DNA of 64,000 nt, taken from assembly GCA_963664435.2 (NCBI GenBank), contig CAXXKM010000002.1, forward strand, positions 416,001 to 480,000, in the 5' to 3' direction. The first letter of the stretch is position 1. Every line of letters begins with the position of its first letter. Below the pieces are notes generated by a model. It was given only the letters and a program-made list of their open reading frames with translations. It did no database searches and was not told the DNA's origin. Both the position numbers and the translations under genes were made by a program. Positions 41,496 to 51,236 of this stretch are shown piece by piece. The DNA is from Longimicrobiales bacterium (GTDB lineage Bacteria; Gemmatimonadota; Gemmatimonadetes; Longimicrobiales; Gaopeijiaceae).

Positions 41496-42511
41496 TCTTC
41501 CACCTCCTCCGCCATCGGTGTGGAGACGTCATCAGCGGCTGCTCGAGCGGTGTCCCGGGCCTCCGAAGCGGCCGCTTCCCCGTCGGCATCATCGTTCGCG
41601 GTGAGCGACCGGAACACCCGCTCGAGATTGGCCTGCTCCCGGTGCAGCTCCCAGAGGGCCCACCCGCGGCGGGTTGCGAGCTGGAAGATGGTCGGGCGCA
41701 GCTCGGCGCCGGACGCGACCTCAAGACGCACGCGCGTGCGTCCGTCCCGCGTGTCCGCCGTGGCGGAGGAAACCCCCTCCAGGGCGGCGAGCGCCTCGGA
41801 CACGCCCTCGCCCTCGGCTTCGACCAGGTAGTACGCGCCCCCGGTGCGGTCGGCGGCCAGCTCCGCCACGGTGCCGTCGGCGACCAGCCGCCCGCCCGAG
41901 ATGATCAGCAGCCGCTGGCAGGTGGCCTCGACCTCCTGCATGACGTGGGTGCTGAGGAGGACCGTGCGCTCGGCTCCCAGCGCATTGATCAGCTTGCGGA
42001 TCTCCACCCGCTGGTTGGGATCGAGGCCCTCGGTGGGCTCGTCGAGCACCAGGATCTCCGGGCGGTGCAGGATCGCCGCCGCCAGCCCGATACGCTGCCG
42101 GTATCCCTTGGAGCACTCGCCGATCGGACGGAAGAAGACCGCCTCGAGCGCGGTCTCCTCCACCGCGTCGCGGACGGCCCGCCGGGCATCCGCGCCGCGG
42201 ATCCTGCGGATCTCGGCCACGTAGTCAAGGTACTCCGCGACCAGCATGTCCTCATACAGCGGATTCGCCTCCGGCAGATAGCCCACGCGCCGCTTGGCTC
42301 CCCTGAGGTCGGTCTCGATGGGCACGCCATCGAACTGCACGACCCCCGAATCGGGCTGGAGCGTCCCGGTCAGCATGCGCATGGTGGTGGTCTTGCCGGC
42401 CGCGTTGGGTCCCAGAAAACCCACCACTTCCCGCCGGTCCACCTCGAAAGACACGTCGTTGACGGCTACGAGGGGGCCGAAGCGCTTGGTCACCCCTTGT
42501 ACGGCGATCAT
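41492..42511 (-). CDS. ABC transporter ATP-binding protein (GldA-like)
   Basis: GPNAAGKT, SKGYRQR, LDEPTEGLDP. Confidence 0.93.
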   Translation of the reverse strand: MIAVQGVTKRFGPLVAVNDVSFEVDRREVVGFLGPNAAGKTTTMRMLTGTLQPDSGVVQFDGVPIETDLRGAKRRVGYLPEANPLYEDMLVAEYLDYVAEIRRIRGADARRAVRDAVEETALEAVFFRPIGECSKGYRQRIGLAAAILHRPEILVLDEPTEGLDPNQRVEIRKLINALGAERTVLLSTHVMQEVEATCQRLLIISGGRLVADGTVAELAADRTGGAYYLVEAEGEGVSEALAALEGVSSATADTRDGRTRVRLEVASGAELRPTIFQLATRRGWALWELHREQANLERVFRSLTANDDADGEAAASEARDTARAAADDVSTPMAEEVEE

Positions 42512-42559
42512 TCCGTCCTCCTTCCGCGTTGTCTCTCCCGCGCCCCGCCGGCCTACACG

Positions 42560-42592
42560 AAAAAAGCCGCGCGAATCTCGTCATCGCGCGGC
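42560..42592 (-). terminator. Intrinsic terminator in the 5' leader of the ABC operon
   Basis: GCCGCGCGA/TCGCGCGGC stem followed by T6 on minus. Confidence 0.7.
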
Positions 42593-42664
42593 GCCGGGGC
42601 AGCCCGTGCCGACCCGCGCGCGAGCAACTCACTGGTTGCCCCCGTTTTCGCGCGGGGGCGAACG

Positions 42665-42693
42665 ATTCTACAATGTGATGCCGGCGATGTCCA
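42665..42693 (-). promoter_or_regulatory. Sigma70-like promoter
   Basis: TGGACA-17 bp-TAGAAT on minus. Confidence 0.6.
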
Positions 42694-42730
42694 GAAGGTT
42701 TTCTCCTCCATGCCCACGGGAGCACACGCC

Positions 42731-44236
42731 ATGACCGACAGGCCGACCGACCAGCACCGACCCCACCGGACGCACCGGCCTGACGACTGCGCATGCCCCG
42801 GCCGCGGACCAGGGCGTGCGCTCAGGCTCCCGTTCCTCGCCGTTGCATTCGCCGGTCTCGCGTGCGCCGGTTCGGGGGATGAAGCCGGGGGAGGCAGCGC
42901 AGGCGGGACCGGAGCCGGAGCCGCCGCGGCCATCCCGGCCAGCGAGCTGGTCCGCACCGCCAACCCGTTCGCACGCGGCTACACCGAGGAGGACTTCCCG
43001 CGGCTGCGCGAGCTGGCCGACGGCGTGTACTCCTACGAGGCGCTGCGCTCGGCCGGGGACCAACGCTTCACCACCGTCAGCATGTTCGTGGTCACCGACG
43101 AGGGCGTGCTGGTGGCGGACGGCCAGGGCAACGTGGCGGAGACGCAGCGCCTGATCGACCACATCGCCTCGGTCACCGACCAGCCCATCACTCACGTGGT
43201 GATCTGCTCCGACCACGGCGACCACACCGCCGGCAACTCCGCCTTCCCCGCGGACGCGGAGTTCATCGCCCATCCCACCTCGGCGGGGGCGCTGGAGGCC
43301 ACAGCAGGCAATCCCGACCGGCCCGCCGGCGCACCGGCGGTGGTGCTGCCCACCCGCCTGGTCGACGAGCGCGAGGTGCTCGAGCTGGGCGGCCGGACCA
43401 TCGAGATCCTCTTCCTCGGACGGGCGCACACCGGCGGCGACCTCGTCGTCCATCTTCCCGAAGAGGACATCCTCTTCATGAGCGAGGCCTATCTGCACCG
43501 CGTCTTCCCCGCCATGCGCACCGCCTATCCCAGCGAATGGGTGGCGATGATCGAGCAGGCTCAGGCGATGGAGGTGGAGACCTATGTCCCGGGGCATGGC
43601 TTCGTCGATTCCCCCGAGGTCCTGCGGGAGGAGCTGGAGGTGTTCCGTCAGGCCGTGGTGCAGGTGATCGACGAAAGCCGTCGTCTGCACGGACAGGGGC
43701 TCAGCCTGGAGGAGGCGCAGACCAGCGCCGACTTTGGAGCGCTGGGCGACTGGTGGCTGTCGGAGAGCCAGGCTTCCCGCGCCATCCAGCAGGTGTACGC
43801 GGAGCTCGACGGCATGCTTCCGCCGATGGAAGGCGAGGGCGAAGAGGGCGGCGAGCACGGTGAGGGCGGCGAGCACGGCGAAGAGGGCGACCACGACGAA
43901 CAGGGCGAGGAATCGGGCGAATACATTGCCTCTGGTGAAACCTGGAACGAGACCCGGAGGGGCGCCCGCCTGATCCTCTCATTCGATCGAGCCCGGGGCG
44001 CTTTCGTCGGCGCCGTCGAGAACACGACGCAGCAGCCGATGTGCGCCGTGCGGGTCGAAGTTCATCTGTCCACCGGCACCGAACTGGGGCCGACCGCACG
44101 CACGGACCTTGCGGCTGGCACATCCATGGAAGTGGTGCTGTCGGCGGAGGGCGAACCCTTCGACGCCTGGACGGCCCATCCGGAGGTTTCGGCGTGCGCC
44201 GGCTCGTCGATCCAGCTTACCGCTCCGCTCAGATAG
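42731..44236 (+). CDS. MBL-fold hydrolase lipoprotein with His/Glu-rich linker and extra C-terminal domain
   Basis: Lipobox LAC; SDHGDHTAGN, AHTGGD, VPGHG; EGGEHGEGGEHG linker. Confidence 0.85.
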   Translation: MTDRPTDQHRPHRTHRPDDCACPGRGPGRALRLPFLAVAFAGLACAGSGDEAGGGSAGGTGAGAAAAIPASELVRTANPFARGYTEEDFPRLRELADGVYSYEALRSAGDQRFTTVSMFVVTDEGVLVADGQGNVAETQRLIDHIASVTDQPITHVVICSDHGDHTAGNSAFPADAEFIAHPTSAGALEATAGNPDRPAGAPAVVLPTRLVDEREVLELGGRTIEILFLGRAHTGGDLVVHLPEEDILFMSEAYLHRVFPAMRTAYPSEWVAMIEQAQAMEVETYVPGHGFVDSPEVLREELEVFRQAVVQVIDESRRLHGQGLSLEEAQTSADFGALGDWWLSESQASRAIQQVYAELDGMLPPMEGEGEEGGEHGEGGEHGEEGDHDEQGEESGEYIASGETWNETRRGARLILSFDRARGAFVGAVENTTQQPMCAVRVEVHLSTGTELGPTARTDLAAGTSMEVVLSAEGEPFDAWTAHPEVSACAGSSIQLTAPLR

Positions 44237-44245
44237 TCTTCAAGT

Positions 44246-45481
44246 ATGAAGATAAGAGGGTCCGACCCGTGGGTATTCGTCGCCTGCTTCGCCGTGGTGA
44301 CCGGCGCGTGCGCCCGGGACGCGCCGCCGCGATCCTCCGCGGCCCTCGTCGTTGACAGTGCCGGGGTCGAGATTGTCACCAGTGACGCACTAGGCTCGGA
44401 ACGACTGTGCGCGCTGGCCGACCGGCCGACCCTGTCCCTGGGCACCGTCGAGGGCGACGAAGTTTCCATGCTCTTTTTCGTCCGGGGCGCAAACCGGCTC
44501 TCCGACGGGAGTCTGGCCGTCCTCGACAACGGCTCCGGAGAGATCCGAATCTTCAGCCGCGCGGGAACCCACCTGCGCTCCATGGGAAGGCACGGGGACG
44601 GCCCCGGCGAGTTTCGCATCGGCCGCTTCATATGGGTGCTTCCAGGGGACACGCTGTGGGTTGGCGACTACCGCCCGTGGCGCTACCACATCTACTCCGC
44701 TCGCGGGGCATTCATCCGCACCGTAACCCCCGATCCTGCATATCCGAACGCTTCGCGGGGCGGCGGAGTCCTCGCAAACGGTACCTCGGTGAACGTGCGA
44801 CGTCTCTTTTCCGGTCCGGGAGACGACTTCCGGCGGCCCGAGTCCTGGTCTGTCGACGCACATGACGTCGATGGCACGCTGATGCGAGAACTCGGCAGAC
44901 TCGATGGCGTCCGACTGGGCACCTGGGAGGGAGCGGGCGCCAGAATGTCCACGCTCTTCGACCCGGATCCGTCCATCGCCGCCGCCGGTGCGACGATCGC
45001 GATCGCCTCGGCGCGGGAGCCCGAAATCCAGATGCTGGATGGGGAATTCAGGCTGCGCCGAATCGTGCGCTGGTCGGATCCGAACCGGGAGGTGACCGCC
45101 GCCCACATACAGGCGTATCGAGATGCGGTGGTGGCAAGGCGTGGCGGACGCGGCAGCGAGGACTGGAGCGCCGCCGACGAGTCTGTAGTGAGCGACAGAC
45201 GCCCGGCGGCCGACCTGTTTCCCACCACGTCGGGGCTGATGCTTGGCCGCGATGGCCGCCTGTGGGTCAGACGATACCGCAGGCCCGGCGACGATGTCCG
45301 CTGGATGGCATTCGGTTCCGGCGGCGAGTTCCAGTGCCACCTCACTCTGGACGTGTCGCTGACCGTCTATGAGTTCGGCGCCGATTATCTGCTCGCCGTA
45401 CACAGCGATGAACTCGGAGTCGAGCGGGTCGTGGAGTATGAACTACACCCTTCGTCCGAGCTGATCGGCGCGCAGCCGTGA
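44246..45481 (+). CDS. 6-bladed beta-propeller lipoprotein
   Basis: VTGAC lipobox, DSAGVEIV, GRHGDGPGEF, DELGVERV. Confidence 0.8.
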   Translation: MKIRGSDPWVFVACFAVVTGACARDAPPRSSAALVVDSAGVEIVTSDALGSERLCALADRPTLSLGTVEGDEVSMLFFVRGANRLSDGSLAVLDNGSGEIRIFSRAGTHLRSMGRHGDGPGEFRIGRFIWVLPGDTLWVGDYRPWRYHIYSARGAFIRTVTPDPAYPNASRGGGVLANGTSVNVRRLFSGPGDDFRRPESWSVDAHDVDGTLMRELGRLDGVRLGTWEGAGARMSTLFDPDPSIAAAGATIAIASAREPEIQMLDGEFRLRRIVRWSDPNREVTAAHIQAYRDAVVARRGGRGSEDWSAADESVVSDRRPAADLFPTTSGLMLGRDGRLWVRRYRRPGDDVRWMAFGSGGEFQCHLTLDVSLTVYEFGADYLLAVHSDELGVERVVEYELHPSSELIGAQP

Positions 45482-45571
45482 CTGCGAGTTCCGGCGCATC
45501 CATCGTGGCCCCCTCTCGCTCTTGAGCCGTCTCTCCGCGGCTGTACAATTCGTAACGCTCCGGCTTGCTCC

Positions 45572-47857
45572 ATGTCCCCTGAAACAGGGTTGAGACCGAT
45601 GTCCACTCGCTCTTCCATGTCCCGCCGACTCGCCGTCGGCCTGCTTCCCATACTCATCGCGCTCGCGGCGACACCCGCGCAGGAAGCTCCGACCATGCTG
45701 GGCTTCAGCCCCGCTTCCGCAGCAACCCAGCGCGGTCTCGAGTCCCGCTTCGACACGCATATCAGCGCGGGCGACATCGAGGAGTGGATGCGCTACCTGG
45801 TGGAGAAGCCCATCTACACCGGTTCGCCCCACAACATCGAGACCGCGCACTGGCTGGTGGAGCAATTCGAGTCATGGGGCTTCGAGGCGCGGCTGGACGA
45901 GTATCACGTGCTCTATCCCACGCCGCGCATCCGGGAGCTGGAGCTGCTCGAGCCGACCCGCTACACGGCCCAGCTGCGCGAGCCCGCGCTGGAAGAGGAC
46001 GCTTCATCGCGGATCGAGGAGGACCGGCTCCCGCCCTTCAACGCCTACTCGGCGGACGGCGATGTCACCGGCGAGCTCGTCTACGTCAACTACGGCATCC
46101 CGGCGGACTATGAGGAGCTCGAACGCCGCGGCATCAGCGTCGAAGGCAGGATCGTGATCGCGCGGTACGGGGGATCGTGGCGCGGCATCAAGCCCAAGGT
46201 CGCCGCCGAGCACGGCGCCATCGGCACCATCCTCTACTCCGATCCGCGGGACGATGGCTACTTCCAGGGTGATGTCTATCCGGAGGGCCCGTACCGGATG
46301 GAGCACGGGGTACAGCGCGGCGCGGTGCAGGACATGCCGCGCTATCCCGGGGACCCGCTGACGCCGTTCGAGGGAGCCACCGCCGAGGCCGAGCGCTACA
46401 CGGTGGAGGACGCCCCGACGATCATGAAGATCCCGGTGCTGCCCATCTCCTACGCCGATGCTCTGCCGCTGCTGCGCGCGATGGAAGGTCCGGTGGCGCC
46501 GGCGGCGTGGCGCGGGGCGTTGCCGATCACCTACCACATCGGGCCGGGACCGGCGCGCGTGCGCCTGCACGTCGAGTTCAACTGGGACATCACGCCCGCC
46601 TACAACGTGGTCGCGGTCATGCCCGGCTCCGAGCAGCCCGACCAGTGGGTCATCCGCGGGAACCATCGCGACGGATGGGCGATGGGCGCGGCTGACCCCA
46701 TCTCCGGGCTGGTGGCGCTGATGGCCGAGGCGCGCGCGGTCGGCGAGCTGGCCCGGGCCGGGTCGCCGCCGAAGCGCACTGTCGTGTATGCCGGGTGGGA
46801 CGCGGAGGAGCCGGGCCTGCTCGGGTCCACCGAGTGGGCGGAGCACCACCGCGACGAGCTGCACGAGAAGGCGGTCATCTACATCAACACCGACGGCAAC
46901 GGGCGCGGCTTCCTGTCGGCGGGCGGGTCGCACACTCTCGAGCGCTTCGTGAACGAGGTGGCGAAGGAGGTCACCGATCCCCAGACCGGCGTCTCCGTGT
47001 GGGAGCGGGTGCAGGCCCGGCGGGCGGTGCAGGGCGACCCCAGCGCCCAGCGCGACGGCGACCTGTGGATCGCGCCGCTCGGGTCGGGATCGGACTACAC
47101 GCCCTTCCTCCAGCACCTCGGCATCGCCTCGCTGAACATCAGCTTCGGAGGCGAGAACGGGGGCGGATCCTACCACTCGCAGTACGACACCTTCGAGCAC
47201 TACACCCGTTTCGGCGATCCCGGCTTCCAGTACGGCGTGGCGCTGGCGCAGGTCGCGGGACGGCTCACCCTCCGCTTCGCCAACGCCGACGTCCTGCCCC
47301 TGCGGGCCGCGAACTTCGCCGAGACCGTCGACCGTTATCTGGACGAAGTGCGCGATCTCGCCGACGAACTGCGCGCGGAGACCGAGCGCTACAACCGCCT
47401 TGTGGAGATGGACGCCTTCCGGCTGCAGGCCGATCCGACCCGGACCTACATCCCCCCTTCGATGCACGATGAGGTCCCGTTCTTCAACTTCGCGCCGGTG
47501 CAGAACGCGCTGGGCGAGCTGGAGGGCGCGGCGGAGGCGCTGGACCGGACGCTGGCCGGTGCGCTCGCAGGGGGATCGCTGTCGGCGGGCCGCGCGGCCG
47601 AAATCGACGCTCTTCTGCTCAAAGTCGAGCAGGCGATGACCGACACCGACGGGCTCCCCGGGCGCCCCTGGTTCCGCCACACCATCTACGCGCCCGGCTT
47701 CTACACCGGGTACGGCGTGAAGACGCTGCCGGGCATCCGCGAGGCCATCGAGCAGCGGGAGTGGGAACTGGTCGAGCCGCAGATGGAACGGCTCGCGCGA
47801 GCGCTGGAGCGGGTGGCGGAGCTGCTGCGCCAGGCTGCGGGAGGGACGGTGTCGTAG
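45572..47857 (+). CDS. M28 peptidase (glutamate carboxypeptidase II-like, PA and TfR-dimer domains)
   Basis: GNHRDGW, GAADP.SG, WDAEEPGLLGSTEW, GSGSDY, YHSQYD. Confidence 0.93.
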   Translation: MSPETGLRPMSTRSSMSRRLAVGLLPILIALAATPAQEAPTMLGFSPASAATQRGLESRFDTHISAGDIEEWMRYLVEKPIYTGSPHNIETAHWLVEQFESWGFEARLDEYHVLYPTPRIRELELLEPTRYTAQLREPALEEDASSRIEEDRLPPFNAYSADGDVTGELVYVNYGIPADYEELERRGISVEGRIVIARYGGSWRGIKPKVAAEHGAIGTILYSDPRDDGYFQGDVYPEGPYRMEHGVQRGAVQDMPRYPGDPLTPFEGATAEAERYTVEDAPTIMKIPVLPISYADALPLLRAMEGPVAPAAWRGALPITYHIGPGPARVRLHVEFNWDITPAYNVVAVMPGSEQPDQWVIRGNHRDGWAMGAADPISGLVALMAEARAVGELARAGSPPKRTVVYAGWDAEEPGLLGSTEWAEHHRDELHEKAVIYINTDGNGRGFLSAGGSHTLERFVNEVAKEVTDPQTGVSVWERVQARRAVQGDPSAQRDGDLWIAPLGSGSDYTPFLQHLGIASLNISFGGENGGGSYHSQYDTFEHYTRFGDPGFQYGVALAQVAGRLTLRFANADVLPLRAANFAETVDRYLDEVRDLADELRAETERYNRLVEMDAFRLQADPTRTYIPPSMHDEVPFFNFAPVQNALGELEGAAEALDRTLAGALAGGSLSAGRAAEIDALLLKVEQAMTDTDGLPGRPWFRHTIYAPGFYTGYGVKTLPGIREAIEQREWELVEPQMERLARALERVAELLRQAAGGTVS

Positions 47858-47862
47858 GGAAT

Positions 47863-47967
47863 GGAGTACCCACTACCGGTAGTAAGGAACTCCCGATTCG
47901 TGTTCTTGTTGCGAGCGTTTGACTTACGGGATTTCTAGATCCGATTCCCGCTGTTCGATTCCCGCTG
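47863..47967. other. att end next to integrase copy 3
   Basis: Imperfect palindrome GGAGTACCCACTACC|GGTAGTAAGGAACTCC; CGATTCCCGCTG at 47942 and 47956. Confidence 0.7.
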
Positions 47968-47973
47968 ATCGGA

Positions 47974-49140
47974 TCAGGCGCCAACCGTGCGGGGACGGCT
48001 GTCCAGAGCCGTCCGGAGTTGTACCTCGTCGGTGTGCTGATAGCACCGCAGGACGGTTCGGGCTTCCTTCCAGCCGCCGAGATCGCAAAGCACCTTGAGC
48101 GGCAGGTCCATCAAGTCGGACGCGAACTTCCGCCTGAGCGAGTGCCAGCCTCTCCCGCGCTTGGGCTCCAACCCGGCCCGCCGCTCGGCGGTCTTCCACC
48201 AAGTGCTCACCCGCGAGCGGCTCACGCATGTCGACGGATCCCGCGGCGCGGGCAGAACCGGCGCGTCTCCGGCTCCGCGAGCATGCCTCCGCGCCTCCTC
48301 CAAGGCAGTGATCGTCTCGTTGGTCACGGGCGTCCAGTGCTCGTATCCGGTCTTCTCGTGCTCGGCCCGCCAAAGAATGGTCCTGCCCTCGAATTTGATG
48401 TCGGACCACCGCAGCTTCCGGATGGCACCGATCCGGTGCCCGGTCTCGTGGGCGAGCACGAGCGCCACGTGGAAGCGCCAACCCACCTGCTTGGACACCT
48501 TCAGGAGTGCCTCGTATTCCTCGTCGGAAAGCACGACCCGGGTGGGGTTCTTCATCTTCGGCCTCCCGAGACCCTTCAGCGGGTTGAATCCGATGAGCAA
48601 ACTTCCGTGCTCATCTCTCGACTTGGCGGCCCAGTTGAGGATCGCGATCAGGATCTTCAGGTCGAGTGCGATGGTGCTGTCGGATGCGGGCTTGCCACTC
48701 GGTCCGATCCTGCCCGCGCGCCGCTCCCGGATGAACCGGTCCCAGTCGCGCCGGGAAAGCGTCTCGGGCCTTCGGTCGCGCCCGAGGAAGTCGAGGAACA
48801 TCCGCATCACGGCCCGGTTCTGGCGCTGGGTCCGCCTCTGCTTCGTCGGGACCACCTCCTCACCGTAGATTTCAAAAAGCTTTTCCAGGGTGAGTGGCTC
48901 GGACGCGGCTTCGGCCTTGCTGTTGGGCTCGTGAACCGCTAACCCCGCAGCGGCCTCGTCGGCCTGCCGCTTTGCCCGCGACCAGTCGCGGTGCTTGAGG
49001 GACCGGGTGAGCCTGCGCCCGTTCTCTCGCCACTCGATCTGGTAAAGGCCGGTCTTCGGGTCGGGGAAGATCCTCACCCGGTTGCGGCCCCACTCGCCGG
49101 CGCTGTAACTCCGCCGGCCACGTTTAGTGCGTGCCATCAT
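47974..49140 (-). CDS. Tyrosine recombinase/integrase (copy 3, intact)
   Basis: ETGHR, HEKTG, HSLRR, LGGW, CYQ; GGAGG RBS. Confidence 0.92.
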   Translation of the reverse strand: MMARTKRGRRSYSAGEWGRNRVRIFPDPKTGLYQIEWRENGRRLTRSLKHRDWSRAKRQADEAAAGLAVHEPNSKAEAASEPLTLEKLFEIYGEEVVPTKQRRTQRQNRAVMRMFLDFLGRDRRPETLSRRDWDRFIRERRAGRIGPSGKPASDSTIALDLKILIAILNWAAKSRDEHGSLLIGFNPLKGLGRPKMKNPTRVVLSDEEYEALLKVSKQVGWRFHVALVLAHETGHRIGAIRKLRWSDIKFEGRTILWRAEHEKTGYEHWTPVTNETITALEEARRHARGAGDAPVLPAPRDPSTCVSRSRVSTWWKTAERRAGLEPKRGRGWHSLRRKFASDLMDLPLKVLCDLGGWKEARTVLRCYQHTDEVQLRTALDSRPRTVGA

Positions 49141-49232
49141 TCGATTCCTCCGATGATGGACCGCACGATCTGCGCGTCCGAAACCTCGCGGAGGGGCGTT
49201 GCCCGCGCCAGATCGAGCCCTGCCCGTAGCCA

Positions 49233-50828
49233 TCAGCGGCTCGGACCGTGATCGCGACCGCGGCTCCGCCCGCGCTGGCTCAGCGCTGCTATCATCATCA
49301 CAAGGTCGCGGCGAGCGTGCCGTACGACTCGGCTAAGCGTGTAACTTGCTCGTCCAGCCACTCGATTCGCCTTTGCAAGGCTGCGTTCTCCCCGCTCTGC
49401 CTCTCGACGTGCTGCCGCAAGGCGTCGTTCTCCTCGCTTTGCCGCTCGACGCGCCCGCGCAAGGCTTCGACGTGCTGCCTCAAGCCGTCGACCTGCCCGG
49501 AGTGCCGCCGCTGCTCCGTCTCGTACTGCGCGGACAATCTCTTCAAAGCCTCCGTCAACTGCCGTTCCAACTCGCTCATACAGTTCCCTCACTCTCTCGA
49601 CAGCTTCAACGCCCGACGATCCCCGTCCACCCACCACCAGGGCGGATCGGCCAGCACCTCGTCCGGCACCACCACGAACCGCTCGCCCTTGATCTCGCGG
49701 AACACGAGCCCCCAGGTGTCCTCCTCCATTTGGGCCAGTGTCCGCCGGGCGTCCTCGATGTCCCGGCCCAGTTCGGCGCGGGTCTCGATCCGGTCCTGGA
49801 TGCTCATCGACAGCCAGCGCATCGTCGCCCAGCTTCCGCCGAAGAAACCGATCCAAAGGCTCAGGCCTACGATCAGGGGCCGTTGCCACGCCTTGACCAG
49901 CAGCTGGCGCATCCTCCCGGCCGCCTCCTCCGTATCGCGCTCGATGGAACGCAGCGCGTTCCTCGCGGCGCGCCGCGAGTTCTCGCCGAGCCTTTCGAGC
50001 TCGCTCGCGGTCAACTCCTCGACCTCCCGTCTCTCGCTCTCCAGCCTCCTCCGCAGCCGCTCGGTCAAATCGTTCGCGGTCGAAGTTCTCTCCATACAGT
50101 TCTCCTTTCAGCCGCCACCGGTCGCCGGTCTCGGGATCCAGCGCGGTCAGGTAGTCCTTGCCTTGGCGCGGCACTTCTAGGCCCGCCTCCCGAAGGGCGG
50201 CGACGACATCGGCCCGGTTCCGCGCCGTGCCGTGCTCGACGCGCTGGAGCAGGTAGTCCCGGATCAGGTCGCGAGGGGAGGCTTCGAGCCGGAGCCCGGC
50301 CCGCAGTCGGGTCGCTTCGATGTAGGCGCGGTGGCCGGGTTGCTGCACCCTGGCCCGCGCCGGATCGTCCGGGCGAGCCCAGCCGTGTTCGTGGTTGAAG
50401 GCGTCCCGGAGCGGGCCGAAGGTCTTCTCCCAGCCCGGCGGGGCAATGTTGAGGCTCCGGCCGGTCTCCAGGTCGCACCGCGCGGCGAGGACGTGGACGT
50501 GCGCGCCGCCGCCGCGCTCGCGGTGCAGCACGGCGGTCCAAGCGTATCGGTCGGGCTCCAGTCCCGCCCAGGCCGTGTCCTCGAAGGCGTCCACGACCGC
50601 CTCGATCTCGGCGTCGGTCGGTTCGTCCTCCGGCGCCCATGCGATCACGCCGGACGTGTACCTGTGCTCGAACGCCAGCGTGTCGGCGACGGCGGCCACC
50701 TGGTTCGGATCGCCCCGAAGGACCTCGACGCCCTCGCGCGGCTTCCCGGCGGCGTCCCGCTCGCCGAGGAGGTAGCCAGCCGCCTTGCCGGCCGATCCGG
50801 TCCCGTGCGCCAGAAACTTAATCAGCAT
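49233..50828 (-). CDS. mbeA: ColE1-like (MbeA/MobA) relaxase
   Basis: MLIKF..G.G....YLLG, VLRGDP, YTSGVIAW, H...HVH, FNHEHGWARPDDP, RLKGELY. Confidence 0.9.
   Translation of the reverse strand: MLIKFLAHGTGSAGKAAGYLLGERDAAGKPREGVEVLRGDPNQVAAVADTLAFEHRYTSGVIAWAPEDEPTDAEIEAVVDAFEDTAWAGLEPDRYAWTAVLHRERGGGAHVHVLAARCDLETGRSLNIAPPGWEKTFGPLRDAFNHEHGWARPDDPARARVQQPGHRAYIEATRLRAGLRLEASPRDLIRDYLLQRVEHGTARNRADVVAALREAGLEVPRQGKDYLTALDPETGDRWRLKGELYGENFDRERFDRAAAEEAGERETGGRGVDRERARKARRELAARREERAAFHRARYGGGGREDAPAAGQGVATAPDRRPEPLDRFLRRKLGDDALAVDEHPGPDRDPRRTGPGHRGRPADTGPNGGGHLGARVPRDQGRAVRGGAGRGAGRSALVVGGRGSSGVEAVERVRELYERVGTAVDGGFEEIVRAVRDGAAAALRAGRRLEAARRSLARARRAAKRGERRLAAARREAERGERSLAKANRVAGRASYTLSRVVRHARRDLVMMIAALSQRGRSRGRDHGPSR
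49298..49579 (-). CDS. mbeD: MbeD/MobD-like coiled-coil protein overprinted in the relaxase gene
   Basis: MSELERQLTEALKRL...ENAALQRRIEWLDEQV. Confidence 0.8.
   Translation of the reverse strand: MSELERQLTEALKRLSAQYETEQRRHSGQVDGLRQHVEALRGRVERQSEENDALRQHVERQSGENAALQRRIEWLDEQVTRLAESYGTLAATL
49589..50095 (-). CDS. mbeB: MbeB/MobB-like protein overprinted in the relaxase gene
   Basis: Coiled coil, TM segment, TWGLVF....GERFVVVP; position as in ColE1. Confidence 0.75.
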   Translation of the reverse strand: MERTSTANDLTERLRRRLESERREVEELTASELERLGENSRRAARNALRSIERDTEEAAGRMRQLLVKAWQRPLIVGLSLWIGFFGGSWATMRWLSMSIQDRIETRAELGRDIEDARRTLAQMEEDTWGLVFREIKGERFVVVPDEVLADPPWWWVDGDRRALKLSRE

Positions 50829-51155
50829 CGGAATCCGGGCCTTCGGCGGGGGACAGTGCCGCGAGCGCCCGCCTGATGGCGACGAGGTGGCCGATCACCT
50901 CGACCGCCTCGATGGCCCCCCGGTGGGTGTTCGCCACCGGGCGATCTGGTTGACGTTGTTCCCGATCCGCGCCACTTGCTGGACGCGCTCGCGCTCGACC
51001 TCGGCGTGCGCCACGGTCCACGTGCGCGTCCGGCCCACCGACCGGCGCACCAGATCCGACAGCGTGAGGCCCGCGGCGCGCGCCTTGGCGTGCCACTCGG
51101 CACGCTCCGCCTCGCTGGCGCGAACCTTCACCCAAACGGCGCGTCCGGCGCTCAT
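50818..51155 (-). pseudogene. mbeC: MbeC/MobC relaxosome protein, 1-nt frameshift near 50934
   Basis: RHH-like N-terminus and RIGNNVNQIARW; continuation ANTH...LVAIRRAL is in another frame. Confidence 0.85.
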
Positions 51156-51236
51156 GGCGCGCCGTTTCCGTTGCGGGGGTCTGAGGGGGCAAGGCCCCCC
51201 GCCAGCCTCTCCTGGGGACACGCGAAGTGTGGCCAC

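Noticed and set aside
47000..47012. Spacer 2 start (TGGGAGCGCGTGC) resembles TGGGAGCGGGTGC in the M28 gene
   Set aside because: Only 12/13 nt in GC-rich DNA and the rest does not align; no convincing self-targeting spacer seen in the window
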